A DNA stretch of 64,000 nucleotides from an uncultured SAR86 cluster bacterium (GCA_902528215.1 CABZRR010000003.1:20954-84953); one strand, 5' to 3'; shown: positions 1-11,295, counted from the first letter of the stretch. Numbers and translations: made by a program. Notes: generated by a model from the letters alone, not told the origin.

Positions 1-2
1 CT

Positions 3-695
3 CTTATCGAAGGAAATAGTGCAGTAATTAAACTAGACGTCTCTGGTCCATGTGAAGTTACAGCCAATTCATTTGAAGTCCCAGGAAACGTTGAATTGCC
101 AGACTCTGAGCATCATGTTGCATCTATAGTAGATAAAGTGAGCCTTTCACTAATTGCTACCGTAAAAACTGGCAGAGGTTATGAGCCTGCAGACGCCAGG
201 AGTGATGAGGAAACCGCAGTTGGAGCTTTGAAAGTAGATGCGTCTTTTAGTCCAGTTAGAAGGGTGGCTTATTCAGTTGAAAATGCAAGATTCGAAAAAA
301 GAACTGATTTAGATAAACTGATTGTTGAGTTGGAAACAAATGGAACACTTGATCCAAAGAAAGCCATAGAGCACGCTGCAACTATCATGCAACAGCAATT
401 AGCTGCGTTTGTAAATTTAGATGCAATTGCTGAACAAGAGGCTAAAAAAGATCAAAATGACTTTGATCCATTCTTAATGAGGTCAATTGAAGAGCTTGAA
501 TTAACTGTTAGATCCACGAACTGCTTGAAGGCAGAAAGCATCTTCTTGATAGGTGATCTATTGCAAAGAACAGAGTTTGATTTGTTAAAAACTCCGAATT
601 TAGGTAAAAAATCCTTAAATGAAATTAAGGATGTTCTTGCTTCAAAAGGTTTTTCTCTAGGTACAACATTAGAGAATTGGCCGCCAATGGGTTAA
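3..695 (+). CDS. rpoA: DNA-directed RNA polymerase alpha subunit, 3' part (gene starts upstream of the window)
   Basis: Frame 3 is open from base 3 ([19 protein letters not shown]...) into tracked ORF 96..695. It has the alpha-CTD helix-hairpin-helix region [15 protein letters not shown]...[13 protein letters not shown] and is followed by rplQ, as at the end of the alpha operon. Confidence 0.95.
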   Translation, partial: LIEGNSAVIKLDVSGPCEVTANSFEVPGNVELPDSEHHVASIVDKVSLSLIATVKTGRGYEPADARSDEETAVGALKVDASFSPVRRVAYSVENARFEKRTDLDKLIVELETNGTLDPKKAIEHAATIMQQQLAAFVNLDAIAEQEAKKDQNDFDPFLMRSIEELELTVRSTNCLKAESIFLIGDLLQRTEFDLLKTPNLGKKSLNEIKDVLASKGFSLGTTLENWPPMG

Positions 696-700
696 TAAAA

Positions 701-1114
701 ATGAGACATAAAAAATCAGGCAGAAAATTAAATAGAAATTCTTCTCATCGAAAAGCTTTGATGAAGAACCTTGCTATAGCGTTTATTGAAAGGGAACTTA
801 TAAAAACTACTGTTCCTAAGGCTAAAGAATTAAGGTCTTTTATTGAGCCTTTAATCACAATGGCTAAAGTCGACTCTGTTGCAAATCGAAGAAGGGCTTT
901 TAATAAACTAAGACTCGATTCAGCTGTTAATAAACTTTTTACGGAAATTTCTATTAAGTCAAAAGATAGACCAGGCGGTTATTTAAGGATTATAAAAGCT
1001 GGATTCAGATCGGGAGATAAAGCTGACATGGCTTATGTTGAGTGGGTTGATAGAGACTTAGATGGCTCCACAGATGTGCCAGAGCCCGAGCTAAAAGAAG
1101 ATTCCGTAGCTTAA
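701..1114 (+). CDS. rplQ: 50S ribosomal protein L17
   Basis: ATG 701 gives the canonical L17 N-terminus [21 protein letters not shown]. The tracked start at 677 is an upstream in-frame codon overlapping rpoA. Confidence 0.95.
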   Translation: MRHKKSGRKLNRNSSHRKALMKNLAIAFIERELIKTTVPKAKELRSFIEPLITMAKVDSVANRRRAFNKLRLDSAVNKLFTEISIKSKDRPGGYLRIIKAGFRSGDKADMAYVEWVDRDLDGSTDVPEPELKEDSVA

Positions 1115-3933
1115 CTTTTTAGAGCCTCTTTTAAATATTTGCCTGTGTAGGACTTTTTAGATTGCGCTACCTTGCTTGGGGCACCTTCTGCAATTATTAA
1201 TCCTCCATCGCTCCCTCCCTCTGGACCAAGATCAATAATCCAATCGCTTGATTTAATTACATCTAGATTATGCTCAATTACTACGACAGTATTTCCTTGA
1301 TCAGACAGCCTTTTTAAAACACCTAGTAACAATTCAATATCGTAAAAGTGAAGACCAGTAGTTGGTTCATCCAATATAAATAGTGTTTTCCCGGTGCTTC
1401 GCTTAGATAATTCTTTAGCAAGTTTAATTCTTTGTGCTTCCCCCCCAGATAATGTAGTTGCCGATTGACCGAGAGTTATATATGTTAGGCCTACATCTGC
1501 AAGCGTCTGTAGTTTATTTTTGATTGCTGGTATTGCTTGAAAGAATTCAAGAGCCTCTTCAACAGTCATGCTCAAAACTTCAGCAATATTCTTACCCTTG
1601 TACTTAACATCAAGAGTTTGCTCGTTATATCTTTTGCCGTCACAAATATCACACCTTACGTAGATATCAGCTAAAAAATGCATCTCAACTTTAATCATTC
1701 CATCCCCTTGACAGGCTTCACATCTTCCGCCTTTAACATTAAAGCTAAATCGACCAGGCTTATAACCCCTTGCTCTTGCCTCTTCAGATTGAGAGAATAA
1801 ATCTCTAATATGTGAAAAAAGACCTGTATAAGTTGCTGGATTAGACCTTGGTGTTCTTCCAATAGGAGATTGGTCTATTCCAATTACTTTATCTAAGTGC
1901 TCTAAACCTTTAATTTGTTTACATTTAATTTCTTTGTTTAGATTTGCTTTGTTAAGTAAAAAATTACTCATAGGCATCAAAGTTTGATTGATCAGTGAGG
2001 ATTTGCCTGAACCAGAAACTCCAGTTATACAAGTAAAAACACCAATGGGTATTTTTGCATTTACATTCTGCAAATTATTTTCAGATGCCTCAATGATCTC
2101 GATAAATCTATCTGGCTTTTTGGCGCTTTTAGGAAAATTAATTTTTCTTTTGCCAGAAAGGTAAGCTGCTGTCATTGATTCTTTACTTTTTAAGATATCA
2201 TTTAATGCTCCTTGAGCACATATCTCCCCACCATGCTTTCCAGCACCTGGACCGATATCAATAATATGATCTGCACATCTAATTGCTTCCTCATCGTGCT
2301 CTACAACTATTACAGTATTTCCAAGGCTTTTAAGGTGGTACAGAGTTTTAATAAGCTTTTCATTATCGCGTTGATGAAGTCCAATTGAAGGCTCGTCTAA
2401 AACATAAGTTACTCCTACAAGACCAGAACCAATTTGACTGGCCAGCCTAATTCTTTGAGCCTCGCCCCCAGATAGAGTGCCTGCACTTCGATCTAAAGTA
2501 AGATAATTCAGACCTACATCTTCAAGAAAGGTAAGGCGTTCCTTAATTTCTTTTAGAATCTTTTCAGCAATCATTGCTTGGGAACCATGAAGTTGAATAT
2601 TTTGAAAAAACAATAATGCATCAGATATTTTTTGATTTGTAATATTTTGAATAGGTGTTTCATTTATAAAAACATTCCTAGACTCTTTCTTTAATCTTGA
2701 CCCCCCACAAGCATCACAATGACTATCTGAAAGCATCTTTGCTAATTCATTTCTAATAAATTCAGAATCTGTCTCTTTAAAACGTCTTTCAGTATTAGGA
2801 ATAATGCCCTCAAAACGATGTTGTCTGACTATTTTACTTCCGCTTCTAAAGCTTTTTGAGAAGTTTATCTTATCCTTTGATCCCCATAAAAGAATGTTTT
2901 GAATTTCTTCAGAATAGGATTTCCATGGAGTATCTAAATCAAAATTATAATGCTTAGCTAAACATTTTAATTGATGAAAGTAGAATCTGTTTCTTCTATT
3001 CCATCCTTTAATAGCCCCTTCATTTATCGTTGCTGAGTCGTCTGAGATCAACTTCTTCTGATCGAAGTATTGAATGACTCCTAACCCATCACATTTTTCA
3101 CAGGCACCGAAAGGGTTATTAAATGAAAACATTCTTGGCTCTAATTCAGTTACTGAATAACCGCATTGAGAACATGAAAAATTTGAAGAAAAAAGTAGTA
3201 CTTCTGATTCCTGATCTAACACTTCTACCTGTATTAGACCATCAGATAAACTTAGTGCTGTATCAATTGATTCAGATAGCCGAGATCGATTGTCATCGTC
3301 TTTTTGTAATTTAAGCCTGTCAACAATAGCTGATATTTCATGTTTTTGATTTTTATTCAAGGCTGGAAATTCGTCTAATGGATAGACTACACCATTAATT
3401 TTTACTCTAACAAAACCCTCAGTTTTTAGGTCTTCATATATTCCAAGATGCTCTCCCTTTTTTCCTCTTACAATGGGAGCCATAATCATAATTTTTTTAC
3501 CATAGCCAAGCGAGTAAATCTCATCACATATCTCACTTACAGTTTTGGCAGAAAGCTCCTCATTATGATCTGGACAAATTGGAATGCCAATTCGTGCATA
3601 TAATAATCTTAGATAATCATAAATTTCAGTAACAGTTCCTACTGTTGATCTTGGATTATGAGAAGTAGATTTTTGTTCAATCGATATTGCAGGAGACAGC
3701 CCATCAATTTGATCGACATCCGGTTTTTCCATCATAGATAAAAACTGTCTCGCATATGCTGAAAGAGATTCAACATATCGTCTCTGACCCTCGGCATATA
3801 TAGTATCAAATGCAAGAGATGACTTACCTGATCCTGATAATCCAGTAATTACTATTAATTCTCCTCGAGGTATTTCAAGAGAAATATTTTTAAGGTTATG
3901 AGTCCTAGCTCCTTTTATAGAAATTTTTTCCAT
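1111..3933 (-). CDS. uvrA: excinuclease ABC subunit A
   Basis: 940 aa with two ABC ATPase modules ([23 protein letters not shown]; [10 protein letters not shown]; two LSGGEAQRI signatures) and zinc-finger Cys clusters ([16 protein letters not shown]). Confidence 0.97.
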   Translation of the reverse strand: MEKISIKGARTHNLKNISLEIPRGELIVITGLSGSGKSSLAFDTIYAEGQRRYVESLSAYARQFLSMMEKPDVDQIDGLSPAISIEQKSTSHNPRSTVGTVTEIYDYLRLLYARIGIPICPDHNEELSAKTVSEICDEIYSLGYGKKIMIMAPIVRGKKGEHLGIYEDLKTEGFVRVKINGVVYPLDEFPALNKNQKHEISAIVDRLKLQKDDDNRSRLSESIDTALSLSDGLIQVEVLDQESEVLLFSSNFSCSQCGYSVTELEPRMFSFNNPFGACEKCDGLGVIQYFDQKKLISDDSATINEGAIKGWNRRNRFYFHQLKCLAKHYNFDLDTPWKSYSEEIQNILLWGSKDKINFSKSFRSGSKIVRQHRFEGIIPNTERRFKETDSEFIRNELAKMLSDSHCDACGGSRLKKESRNVFINETPIQNITNQKISDALLFFQNIQLHGSQAMIAEKILKEIKERLTFLEDVGLNYLTLDRSAGTLSGGEAQRIRLASQIGSGLVGVTYVLDEPSIGLHQRDNEKLIKTLYHLKSLGNTVIVVEHDEEAIRCADHIIDIGPGAGKHGGEICAQGALNDILKSKESMTAAYLSGKRKINFPKSAKKPDRFIEIIEASENNLQNVNAKIPIGVFTCITGVSGSGKSSLINQTLMPMSNFLLNKANLNKEIKCKQIKGLEHLDKVIGIDQSPIGRTPRSNPATYTGLFSHIRDLFSQSEEARARGYKPGRFSFNVKGGRCEACQGDGMIKVEMHFLADIYVRCDICDGKRYNEQTLDVKYKGKNIAEVLSMTVEEALEFFQAIPAIKNKLQTLADVGLTYITLGQSATTLSGGEAQRIKLAKELSKRSTGKTLFILDEPTTGLHFYDIELLLGVLKRLSDQGNTVVVIEHNLDVIKSSDWIIDLGPEGGSDGGLIIAEGAPSKVAQSKKSYTGKYLKEALKS

Positions 3934-4000
3934 TTATTTAAAGAATTTTAATCCAGCTGAATTGTTTCGAGTTAAACTTATCTAATTATAAGAGGTAATT

Positions 4001-4438
4001 ATGGCTAGAGGAGTAAATAAAGTAATTTTGGTAGGAAATTTAGGTCAAAAACCTGAAATACGATATACCCAAACAAATACAGCAGTTGCTACACTTTCTA
4101 TCGCGACTTCGGAATCCTGGAAAGATAAAGATAGTGGAGAGCAAAGAGAAAAAACTGAATGGCATAGGGTAGTATTTTTTGGCAAATTAGCAGAAATTGC
4201 AGAGCAATATCTAGATAAGGGATCACAACTATATGTTGAGGGAAAACTGCAGACAAGAAAGTGGCAAGATAAAGATGGCAATGATAAGTACACCACAGAA
4301 ATACTCGGCAATGAGATGAATATGCTTGGTGGGAGACAATCATCAGCTGATAGCGGAGAATTTGATCAATCGCAACCGGCTTTTCAGACTTCACAATCGC
4401 ATGATTCCCAGATCTCAGAGGAAGACATCCCTTTTTAA
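4001..4438 (+). CDS. ssb: single-stranded DNA-binding protein
   Basis: N-terminus [23 protein letters not shown], an OB fold, and an acidic C-terminal tip EEDIPF. It is divergent from uvrA, as in enterics. Confidence 0.95.
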   Translation: MARGVNKVILVGNLGQKPEIRYTQTNTAVATLSIATSESWKDKDSGEQREKTEWHRVVFFGKLAEIAEQYLDKGSQLYVEGKLQTRKWQDKDGNDKYTTEILGNEMNMLGGRQSSADSGEFDQSQPAFQTSQSHDSQISEEDIPF

Positions 4439-4444
4439 ATTATA

Positions 4445-5302
4445 GTGGATTTCACTACCATTAAATTAGAGCGACATGAGAATCTTGCTGTTCTTTTATT
4501 AAATCGACCAGAAAAATTAAATGCTTTTACATTCTTGATGATGGAAGAGTTAATTTGTGCTCTCGATCTGATAGAGGAAGATGATACTTTAACTGCTGTA
4601 ATTATTTCCGGAATAGGTCGTGGGTTTTGTGCAGGAGCTGATTTAAGCAGCGGTAAAAATACATTTAATCCCTCTTTTGACAATTTTGCCGTACAAGAAG
4701 ATGATTTTAGAAGGGATTCAGGTGGCATCTTAACCTTGCGAATGTATAAATTTTTAAAGCCGATTATTTTTGCCTGTAATGGTCCTGCAGTGGGTATCGG
4801 AGCGTCAATGCAATTACCCGGAGATATTCGCATTGCTTCTGAGAATGCTCGATTTGGATTTGTCTTTAACAATCGAGGAATTGTTCCAGATGCTTGCAGT
4901 AGCTGGTTTCTTCCAAAGATTGTAGGAATTTCAAAAGCTTTAGATTTAACTTTCTCGGGTAGAATAATAGATTCTCAGGAAGCATTAGACATCGCATTAA
5001 TTTCAAGCATCCACAAGCCAGAAAATCTAATAAATGATGCAAAAAAAATTGCACAAGAATTAGTGGAGAAATCTGCGCCCATTTCAATAGCTATCACTAG
5101 ACAAATGTTATGGAGATCTTTTGGACAAGCAGATCCATATGAGGCTCATATAATTGAAAGTAAAGCAATTGACTCAAGAGGAGCATCAGATGATGCAAAA
5201 GAGGGCGTAAATTCATTCTTAGAGAAGCGGTCAGCAAAATTTAAAAATCTTATATCTTCTGACATGCCAGATTTTTTTCCATGGTGGGAGGATAGAAATT
5301 AA
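4445..5302 (+). CDS. enoyl-CoA hydratase/isomerase (crotonase) family protein
   Basis: GTG start. Crotonase signature LLLNRPEKLNAF ... GRGFCAGADL ... ACNGPAVGIGASM. Confidence 0.85.
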   Translation: MDFTTIKLERHENLAVLLLNRPEKLNAFTFLMMEELICALDLIEEDDTLTAVIISGIGRGFCAGADLSSGKNTFNPSFDNFAVQEDDFRRDSGGILTLRMYKFLKPIIFACNGPAVGIGASMQLPGDIRIASENARFGFVFNNRGIVPDACSSWFLPKIVGISKALDLTFSGRIIDSQEALDIALISSIHKPENLINDAKKIAQELVEKSAPISIAITRQMLWRSFGQADPYEAHIIESKAIDSRGASDDAKEGVNSFLEKRSAKFKNLISSDMPDFFPWWEDRN

Positions 5303-5653
5303 ATGAGAATCGAAATGAATGACTTAACCTGGAAAGAATTTGAGAAAGTGGATATTCGTGTTGGAACTATAATATCAGCTGAAAATTTTAAAGAAGCAAT
5401 TAAGCCTGCAATAAAGTTAACAATAGATTTTGGGGATGAAATAGGCATTAAAAAATCATCTGCACAAATCACTGATCACTATGACCCTCATAATTTGATA
5501 GGTATTCAAGTCGCTGCTGTTATTAATTTTCCAAGAAAGCAGATAGGACCTTTTATTTCCGAGTGTCTAGTAACGGGTTTCACCCAGCCTGACGGGAGTG
5601 TTATTTTAGCGACTCCAAATAAAGAAGCCGTTAATGGGTCTCGCTTAGCTTAA
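5303..5653 (+). CDS. csaA: CsaA-like tRNA-binding domain protein
   Basis: [17 protein letters not shown]...[23 protein letters not shown]...[15 protein letters not shown] closely resembles CsaA/YgjH OB-fold tRNA-binding proteins. Confidence 0.8.
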   Translation: MRIEMNDLTWKEFEKVDIRVGTIISAENFKEAIKPAIKLTIDFGDEIGIKKSSAQITDHYDPHNLIGIQVAAVINFPRKQIGPFISECLVTGFTQPDGSVILATPNKEAVNGSRLA

Positions 5654-6858
5654 AATTTGCTGAAAATTAAACTTGCATTGGTTCCACCGAAACCAAATGA
5701 ATTACTCATAACAGCATTTAATTTCTGTTTCATCATTAATTGAGAAATATTAAGGCCTTCAGCTTCTTCAACTAGGGTATCTATATTAATCGATGGGGCA
5801 ATAAAGTCATTTTGCATCATGAGAATAGAGTAAATTGCCTCTTGTGCTCCGGTTGCACCTAAGGAGTGACCAGTCATAGATTTAGTTGATCCAATCACAG
5901 GTGCACTTTTCCCAAATACTTCCTTTATTGCATTAAGTTCAGCTAGATCCCCGACAGGTGTACTAGTCCCATGAGCGTTAATATAATTAACATCAGAACC
6001 ATATTCATCAATGGCCTGACTCATGCATCTTTGAGCTCCCTCTCCTGAAGGAGAAACCATATCATAGCCATCAGAGTTTGCAGAATAACCCTCTAATCTT
6101 GCTATGATTGGAACATTCCTCTTAATTGCATGCTCTTCTTCTTCCAAAACGAGCATGCCAGAACCTCCTGCTATTACAAAACCGTCTCTATTAATATCAA
6201 AGGGTCTAGAAGCCTTTTCAGGCTCATCATTATACTGTGATGAAAGTGCACCCATAGCATCAAACATAGATGATGAAGTCCAGTGTTCTTGTTCAGCCCC
6301 ACCTGCAATGACAATGTCTTGTTTACCTAATTGAATAAGCTCTGCTGCATGACCAATACAATGCGCACTAGTTGAGCAAGCGGATGAAATAGAATAATTG
6401 ACTCCCTGAAGTCTAAGAGTTGTTCCCAAAATAGCTGAAACAGTACTACCCATAGTTTTTGTAACAGCATATGGCCCAATTCTTTTAGGCCCTTTTTTTC
6501 TCGCTATGTCTGATGCATCTATTTGAGCAGCTGAGGATGCTCCACCTGATCCAGCCACTATACCAATTCTAGAGGAATCTATTTCGTTTAAATTAATTGA
6601 TGCATTCCTAATAGCCTCTTTTGCAGCTATGTAGCCAAAGCCAGAGGCCTCACTCATAAAACGAAGAGTTTTTCTATCAATTAATTCAGCTAAATTGATA
6701 TTTATGGAACCTGAAATATGACTCCTAAAACCCATTTCTTCATATTTGGCATTCTTAGTAATACCTGATTTTCCATCCTTTAGGCTCTTTAATACTTCTT
6801 GTAGATCTTTACCAATGCAAGAGACAATACCCATACCAGTAACAACTACATTTTTCAT
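5650..6858 (-). CDS. fabB: 3-oxoacyl-ACP synthase I (KAS I)
   Basis: Thiolase-fold condensing enzyme with active-site [23 protein letters not shown] and GHSLGATG. It lies directly downstream of fabA. Confidence 0.9.
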   Translation of the reverse strand: MKNVVVTGMGIVSCIGKDLQEVLKSLKDGKSGITKNAKYEEMGFRSHISGSININLAELIDRKTLRFMSEASGFGYIAAKEAIRNASINLNEIDSSRIGIVAGSGGASSAAQIDASDIARKKGPKRIGPYAVTKTMGSTVSAILGTTLRLQGVNYSISSACSTSAHCIGHAAELIQLGKQDIVIAGGAEQEHWTSSSMFDAMGALSSQYNDEPEKASRPFDINRDGFVIAGGSGMLVLEEEEHAIKRNVPIIARLEGYSANSDGYDMVSPSGEGAQRCMSQAIDEYGSDVNYINAHGTSTPVGDLAELNAIKEVFGKSAPVIGSTKSMTGHSLGATGAQEAIYSILMMQNDFIAPSINIDTLVEEAEGLNISQLMMKQKLNAVMSNSFGFGGTNASLIFSKF

Positions 6859-7379
6859 TAAAATTCGCTGGTATCCTTAAACAAACCTACTCTTAAACCA
6901 TCCGCTGAATATACATGTCTATCATCGACAAACATATTTCCATCTGCAAAGCCAACAACTGCTCCTCTATTAATAACTCGCTTAATATCAATTTCATACC
7001 TGACAAGCTTAGCACTAGGAGTAACCTGACCAAAAAACTTTACTTTATCTGAGCCCAATGCTCTCCCATATCCCGGTAACTCTAGCCAACAAAGATAAAA
7101 TCCTAATAATTGCCACATTGCATCTAAACCAAGGCATCCAGGCATGACCGGATCAGATTTAAAATGAACCTTAAAAAACCAAAGGCTTTCTTGAATGTTT
7201 AGATGAGCAATTACTTTACCCTTTGAGTATTTTCCTGAGGTTTGATCAATCTGATCAATTGAATCAAACATTAACATTTCATCGGCTGGGAGCCGACCAT
7301 TACTTGGCCCAAATAGATCTCCGTTTCCACAATTAATTAAATCTTCTTTTGTATAACTTGAAGCAGGTATAAATGTCAT
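6858..7379 (-). CDS. fabA: 3-hydroxydecanoyl-ACP dehydratase/isomerase
   Basis: HFKSDPVMPGCLGLDAMWQLLGFYL is the FabA active-site block. The protein is 173 aa and its stop overlaps the fabB start. Confidence 0.93.
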   Translation of the reverse strand: MTFIPASSYTKEDLINCGNGDLFGPSNGRLPADEMLMFDSIDQIDQTSGKYSKGKVIAHLNIQESLWFFKVHFKSDPVMPGCLGLDAMWQLLGFYLCWLELPGYGRALGSDKVKFFGQVTPSAKLVRYEIDIKRVINRGAVVGFADGNMFVDDRHVYSADGLRVGLFKDTSEF

Positions 7380-8344
7380 TTTTTCCTTACTTTTGAAAAG
7401 GTAATTAAGTTTAACATCTCATTGTAACAGGCATGATGTTTCAATTTATTTAAATGCTTGAGTGTCTCTTTTAAATACTTTTCTAGTAATGCATTTATTT
7501 CTTTTTGTGTTCCATCATTATGTATTAACTGGTAAATTTTGTTTTGATCTTTGTTTGTTATCTTTTTTGTACCCAATTTTTCTAATAGAAATTTTCTTTC
7601 CTTTGAGTCAGCATTTTGTATAGCAAAATATAATGGAAAAGTAATTTTCCCTTCTTTAAAGTCTTTGAAAGCAGGTTTACCTGTGTCAAATTTTATCGCT
7701 GCGTAGTCTAAAATATCATCCTGTATTTGGAAAGCAGTACCTAAAGACCTTCCAAATAATCCAAAGCTTTTAATTTCTTCTGATGATTTTTCTGCAAGCA
7801 TTGCTCCAGTTTTTGCAGACGCCTCAAAAAGCCTACCTGTTTTAAGATAGCTAACTTTCAATAATTCATTGAGCTTAATGGATTCTTTTTTTTCAGATAG
7901 CTCTAATTGAATAATTTCTCCCCTTGCTATGTCATTGGTCGCTTTAGCTAATTCATCTAAGATGGATGGAATGCCAAGCTTTACCATTAATATGAAGGCT
8001 TTTGAATAAATAAAATCACCTATTAATACACTGTATGAATTTGTCCATACTTGGTTTACTGACTTATTGCCTCGTCTGACCTCTGATTCGTCAACAACAT
8101 CATCATGAACTAATGTTGCAGTATGTAAAAGTTCAATAATGCTAGCTAAATCGATTCTTTGAGACGACTTTATTTTTGGCGATCTTGAAGACAATAAACT
8201 TAATAAAGCCCTTGTTTTTTTACCTTCTGTATTAAAAATGTATTCATAAATATCTTGAATGATTTTTTCACTAGCAAGTTCTTTTTTTAAAGCAGTTTGA
8301 ACTCTATTGAGCTCATTTTTTGTAGTTGGTTTTAGATAGTTCAT
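7376..8344 (-). CDS. ispB: octaprenyl-diphosphate synthase (trans-polyprenyl diphosphate synthase)
   Basis: Two Asp-rich motifs (LVHDDVVDES and FQIQDDILD). It is divergent from rplU, as in E. coli and Pseudomonas. The start is placed at the internal ATG (MNYLKPTT...) because the tracked start at 8416 would overlap the rplU promoter and start region. Confidence 0.88.
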   Translation of the reverse strand: MNYLKPTTKNELNRVQTALKKELASEKIIQDIYEYIFNTEGKKTRALLSLLSSRSPKIKSSQRIDLASIIELLHTATLVHDDVVDESEVRRGNKSVNQVWTNSYSVLIGDFIYSKAFILMVKLGIPSILDELAKATNDIARGEIIQLELSEKKESIKLNELLKVSYLKTGRLFEASAKTGAMLAEKSSEEIKSFGLFGRSLGTAFQIQDDILDYAAIKFDTGKPAFKDFKEGKITFPLYFAIQNADSKERKFLLEKLGTKKITNKDQNKIYQLIHNDGTQKEINALLEKYLKETLKHLNKLKHHACYNEMLNLITFSKVRKK

Positions 8345-8430
8345 CTTCAATTGTAAGAAGCCTAAAATTATACATAAGTATTGATAATTTCCTCTAGAAA
8401 GCGTATATTTTGCCACCTTTAGAGATATCT

Positions 8431-8748
8431 ATGTACGCAGTAATAGAAGCAGGTGGAAAACAACACAAAGTTGAGTTAGGTCAAGTCCTAGAGGTTGATC
8501 TTTTGCATGAAAAATCAGGGGTTGATTATGCTTTTGAAAATGTAATGCTCTATGTTGACGGTAATGATGTTCAAATTGGGCAACCTTACATAGAAAATGC
8601 TAAAGTTATTGCTGAAATAGTTGAGGAAGTAAAGGGTGATAAAGTTACTATTTTAAGATTCCGCAGAAGAAAACATAGCATGAGAAAAATAGGTCATAGA
8701 CAAAAATATACTCAAATAAAAATAAAAGAAATTAAAGTAGGTAAGTAG
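8431..8748 (+). CDS. rplU: 50S ribosomal protein L21
   Basis: [14 protein letters not shown] is the canonical L21 N-terminus, from ATG 8431. Confidence 0.95.
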   Translation: MYAVIEAGGKQHKVELGQVLEVDLLHEKSGVDYAFENVMLYVDGNDVQIGQPYIENAKVIAEIVEEVKGDKVTILRFRRRKHSMRKIGHRQKYTQIKIKEIKVGK

Positions 8749-8750
8749 AA

Positions 8751-9008
8751 ATGGCTCATAAGAAAGCAGGTGGTTCTAGTAAAAACGGCAGAGATTCTAA
8801 CTCAAAGAGACTGGGTGTAAAGCGCTTTGGTGGCCAAACTGTAAAATCTGGCGAAATCATAATTCGTCAACGCGGAACAAATACTCATCCTGGCAAAAAT
8901 GTTGGTATGGGAAGAGACCATACTTTGTTTGCTACTTCAGATGGACTGGTGCAGTTTACCTATAAGGGAATCAAGCAAAAAAAGACAGTCAACGTCATCT
9001 CACAGTAA
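8751..9008 (+). CDS. rpmA: 50S ribosomal protein L27
   Basis: [28 protein letters not shown] is the canonical L27 sequence. Confidence 0.97.
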   Translation: MAHKKAGGSSKNGRDSNSKRLGVKRFGGQTVKSGEIIIRQRGTNTHPGKNVGMGRDHTLFATSDGLVQFTYKGIKQKKTVNVISQ

Positions 9009-9011
9009 ATC

Positions 9012-10031
9012 ATGAATTTCATCGATGAAGCTCTGTTAGAAGCAAGAGCTGGAAACGGTGGTGCAGGCTGTGTAAGTTTTAGAAGAGAAAAATTTATTCC
9101 TCGAGGCGGGCCTGATGGGGGCGATGGTGGCAAAGGAGGAGATATAATTTTTAAAGTAGATCCTAACCTCAATACCTTGGTAAATTTCCGTAATATAAAG
9201 TATTTAATTGCTGATAATGGGGGTGCTGGCGCAGGTAAAAAAAGAACAGGTCAAGATGCAAAAAATCTTATTGCTAAAGTACCAAAAGGCACTGTAATTC
9301 TTGATTCTTTATCAAACAAAATTATTTATGACTGCTGCGAAGAAGGTATTAATTATCTTGTTGCTAAAGGCGGAGAGGGAGGAGTGGGAAATTTTAGATT
9401 TAAATCTAGCATCAATCAGGCTCCAAGGCGTCATACTTCAGGTTGGCCTGGTGATGAAATTTCCATTAGATTAGAATTACGCTCTCTCGCTGACGTTGGG
9501 TTGGTTGGATTTCCAAATGCTGGAAAATCTACTTTCTTAAATAAAATATCAGCCGCTCGCCCTAAGATTGGAGACTACCCATTTACAACATTACGCCCAA
9601 ACTTAGGCACAGTTCAAATCTTTGATACTTCATTTATTATTGCTGATATTCCAGGTTTGATTGAGGGAGCATCTCAAGGAGCTGGTTTAGGTCTAAACTT
9701 TCTAAAACATATTTCCAGAACAGGCCATTTACTTATTTTGCTAGACCCTCAAAATATTGAAAGCTCAATTGAAGATCAGCTTAATATTTTATTAAAGGAG
9801 CTAAAAATATTTGATCCAAGTTTGCTCGACAAAAGTATATGGATTGCTATTAATAAAAAAGATACGATTACTAAGAAGATGCAGTCGAGCATCATCGAAC
9901 TTATAAGAAAAAAAATGTCATCTCTAAACCAAAAATATGAGGGGATAGAAATTATTTCGGGTTATACAGGTGACAACACAAGCAAATTGCTTGGAATGAT
10001 TGCGAACAAGTTGTCTGAAATTCAGAATTAA
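9012..10031 (+). CDS. obg: GTPase Obg/CgtA
   Basis: Glycine-rich Obg fold GNGGAGCVSFRREKFIPRGGPDGGDGGKGGD and the G1 motif GFPNAGKST. It sits in rplU-rpmA-obg synteny. Confidence 0.95.
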   Translation: MNFIDEALLEARAGNGGAGCVSFRREKFIPRGGPDGGDGGKGGDIIFKVDPNLNTLVNFRNIKYLIADNGGAGAGKKRTGQDAKNLIAKVPKGTVILDSLSNKIIYDCCEEGINYLVAKGGEGGVGNFRFKSSINQAPRRHTSGWPGDEISIRLELRSLADVGLVGFPNAGKSTFLNKISAARPKIGDYPFTTLRPNLGTVQIFDTSFIIADIPGLIEGASQGAGLGLNFLKHISRTGHLLILLDPQNIESSIEDQLNILLKELKIFDPSLLDKSIWIAINKKDTITKKMQSSIIELIRKKMSSLNQKYEGIEIISGYTGDNTSKLLGMIANKLSEIQN

Positions 10032-10291
10032 CTGATTGCTTTAACAGCCTTGACCAAACGGCTTTTTGTTCTAGCTGCAGCATTTTTATGAATCACTTTT
10101 TTAGAGGCAGCAGAATCTAATACTTTTTGGGCAGTTTGTAAAAGAGCAGATGCTGATTCTTTATTATTTTCAGCTATTGCATTTCTAACTGCTTTTACTG
10201 CTGTTCTAGCTTGAGATCTCTGAGAATGCTTAAGTTTGTACCTATCTGCATTCTGACGAGCTCTTTTAATTGCTTGTTTACTATTTGCCAT
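10028..10291 (-). CDS. rpsT: 30S ribosomal protein S20
   Basis: MANSKQAIKRARQNADRYKLKHSQRSQ, from the fourth codon of the tracked ORF. Confidence 0.93.
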   Translation of the reverse strand: MANSKQAIKRARQNADRYKLKHSQRSQARTAVKAVRNAIAENNKESASALLQTAQKVLDSAASKKVIHKNAAARTKSRLVKAVKAIS

Positions 10292-10395
10292 ATATATCAA
10301 GTTTGAGGCGCTAGTTTAATGATGAATTTAATATAAGTAAAGTAGCGAGTAATTTCATTTTTTGGAAAATCTAAAAATACTTAAAACTTCATGGA

Positions 10396-10745
10396 TGGTG
10401 GAGGCGGCGGGAATTGAACCCGCGTCCGCTAGTCCTTCAGCCTAACTTCTACATGCTTAGCTCATTCTTTTTGTTTCACCTTTATGACCCGAAGAGCAGG
10501 ATATTTGAGGCTAGTCTAAATTAGTTTTTATTTTACTGCGTTAAGACTCCACAATAAAACTAGTCTATGTAATTTGCCAATGCTTCAAACCATAGACAAT
10601 TTTTGCATTGGTTAGCTAATTAAGCAGCTAAAGCGTAGTTGTCGTTTTCTGCAACTAATTTTTTTGTAGTATGTTTTACAAGAGTTACCACATTCTTGGC
10701 ATGCGCTTTGGAATCCAATAAAAACGTCGAACCCAATTCGCCCCC
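10396..10745 (-). ncRNA. ssrA: transfer-messenger RNA (tmRNA, one-piece)
   Basis: - The minus-strand 5' end GGGGGCGAAUUGGGUUCGACG pairs with the 3' end CGCCUCC-A-CCA, giving a 7-bp acceptor stem that includes the G3:U alanine identity pair.
- The T-arm is GCGGG-UUCAAUU-CCCGC.
- An internal tag reading frame at 10652..10620, GCA GAA AAC GAC AAC UAC GCU UUA GCU GCU UAA, encodes AENDNYALAA. It is preceded by an A-rich ...AAAAAAAUUAGUU context like that of E. coli.
- The gene lies immediately downstream of smpB. Confidence 0.95.
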
Positions 10746-10774
10746 ACGGGGTGAGTGATTATATATTAAAATGG

Positions 10775-11239
10775 CTAACGATTTGAATTTTTCAGAAGTC
10801 TTTGTTTTTCCCGATTCCAGTCTCTTCGTTTGACATCTTCCCTTTGATCATAAGTTTTTTTACCTTTTCCGATAGCAATGTCACATTTAATTTTATTTTC
10901 CTTCCAATATAGAGAAGTCAAAACACATGTAAGGCCTTGCTGACTAATTGCATCGAGTATTCTATTAATTTCTTTTTTATTTAACAGTAATTTTCTTGAT
11001 CTAGTGGGATCAATATTTTCATTTTTTAATGATGCTGGAGCATCAATTTTCAAACCAATAATCCATGCTTCTTTGTTTCTTAATGCAACATATGAGTCCT
11101 TAACATCCACTTTTCCATTTCTTAAACCTTTTACTTCCCACCCCTCTAGCACTAATCCCGCTTGATATTTATCACTCAAGTGGTAATTTCTTGAAGCATT
11201 TTTATTCTTTACGATGATATTATTATTCTTAAGGTTCAT
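10775..11239 (-). CDS. smpB: SsrA-binding protein
   Basis: KNASRNYHLSDKYQAGLVLEGWEVKGLR ... a typical SmpB core and basic C-terminal tail. It is adjacent to ssrA. Confidence 0.95.
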   Translation of the reverse strand: MNLKNNNIIVKNKNASRNYHLSDKYQAGLVLEGWEVKGLRNGKVDVKDSYVALRNKEAWIIGLKIDAPASLKNENIDPTRSRKLLLNKKEINRILDAISQQGLTCVLTSLYWKENKIKCDIAIGKGKKTYDQREDVKRRDWNREKQRLLKNSNR

Positions 11240-11295
11240 AATGATCACCATAATTATGAATCTGTTAAAACTATTTGCAAATTTTGAGGCAGTAT

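Noticed and set aside
3934-4000. A possible shared LexA (SOS) box in the divergent uvrA-ssb promoter region, as in E. coli.
   Set aside because: The only CTG-containing candidate, CTGAATTGTTTCGAGT, lacks the second half-site CAG at the required spacing (CTGT-N8-ACAG), so there is no credible SOS box.
4435-4872. A 145-aa antisense ORF. Many similar 60-115-aa ORFs appear in the track, for example 3123..3314, 4045..4394, 6104..6334, 8960..9172, 12108..12896, 13034..13348, 14479..14842, 17052..17579, 18128..18397, 18992..19636, 38448..38792 and 63131..63325.
   Set aside because: All of them lie inside, opposite to or out of frame with strongly supported conserved genes. Their composition is low-complexity or Leu/Ser/Ile/Lys-rich, as expected from AT-rich shadow frames, and they carry no recognisable motifs.
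10292-10395. A genomic island, integrase gene or duplicated ssrA 3' end downstream of the tmRNA gene.
   Set aside because: Only 104 nt separate ssrA from rpsT, and there is no integrase and no direct repeat of the ssrA 3' end.
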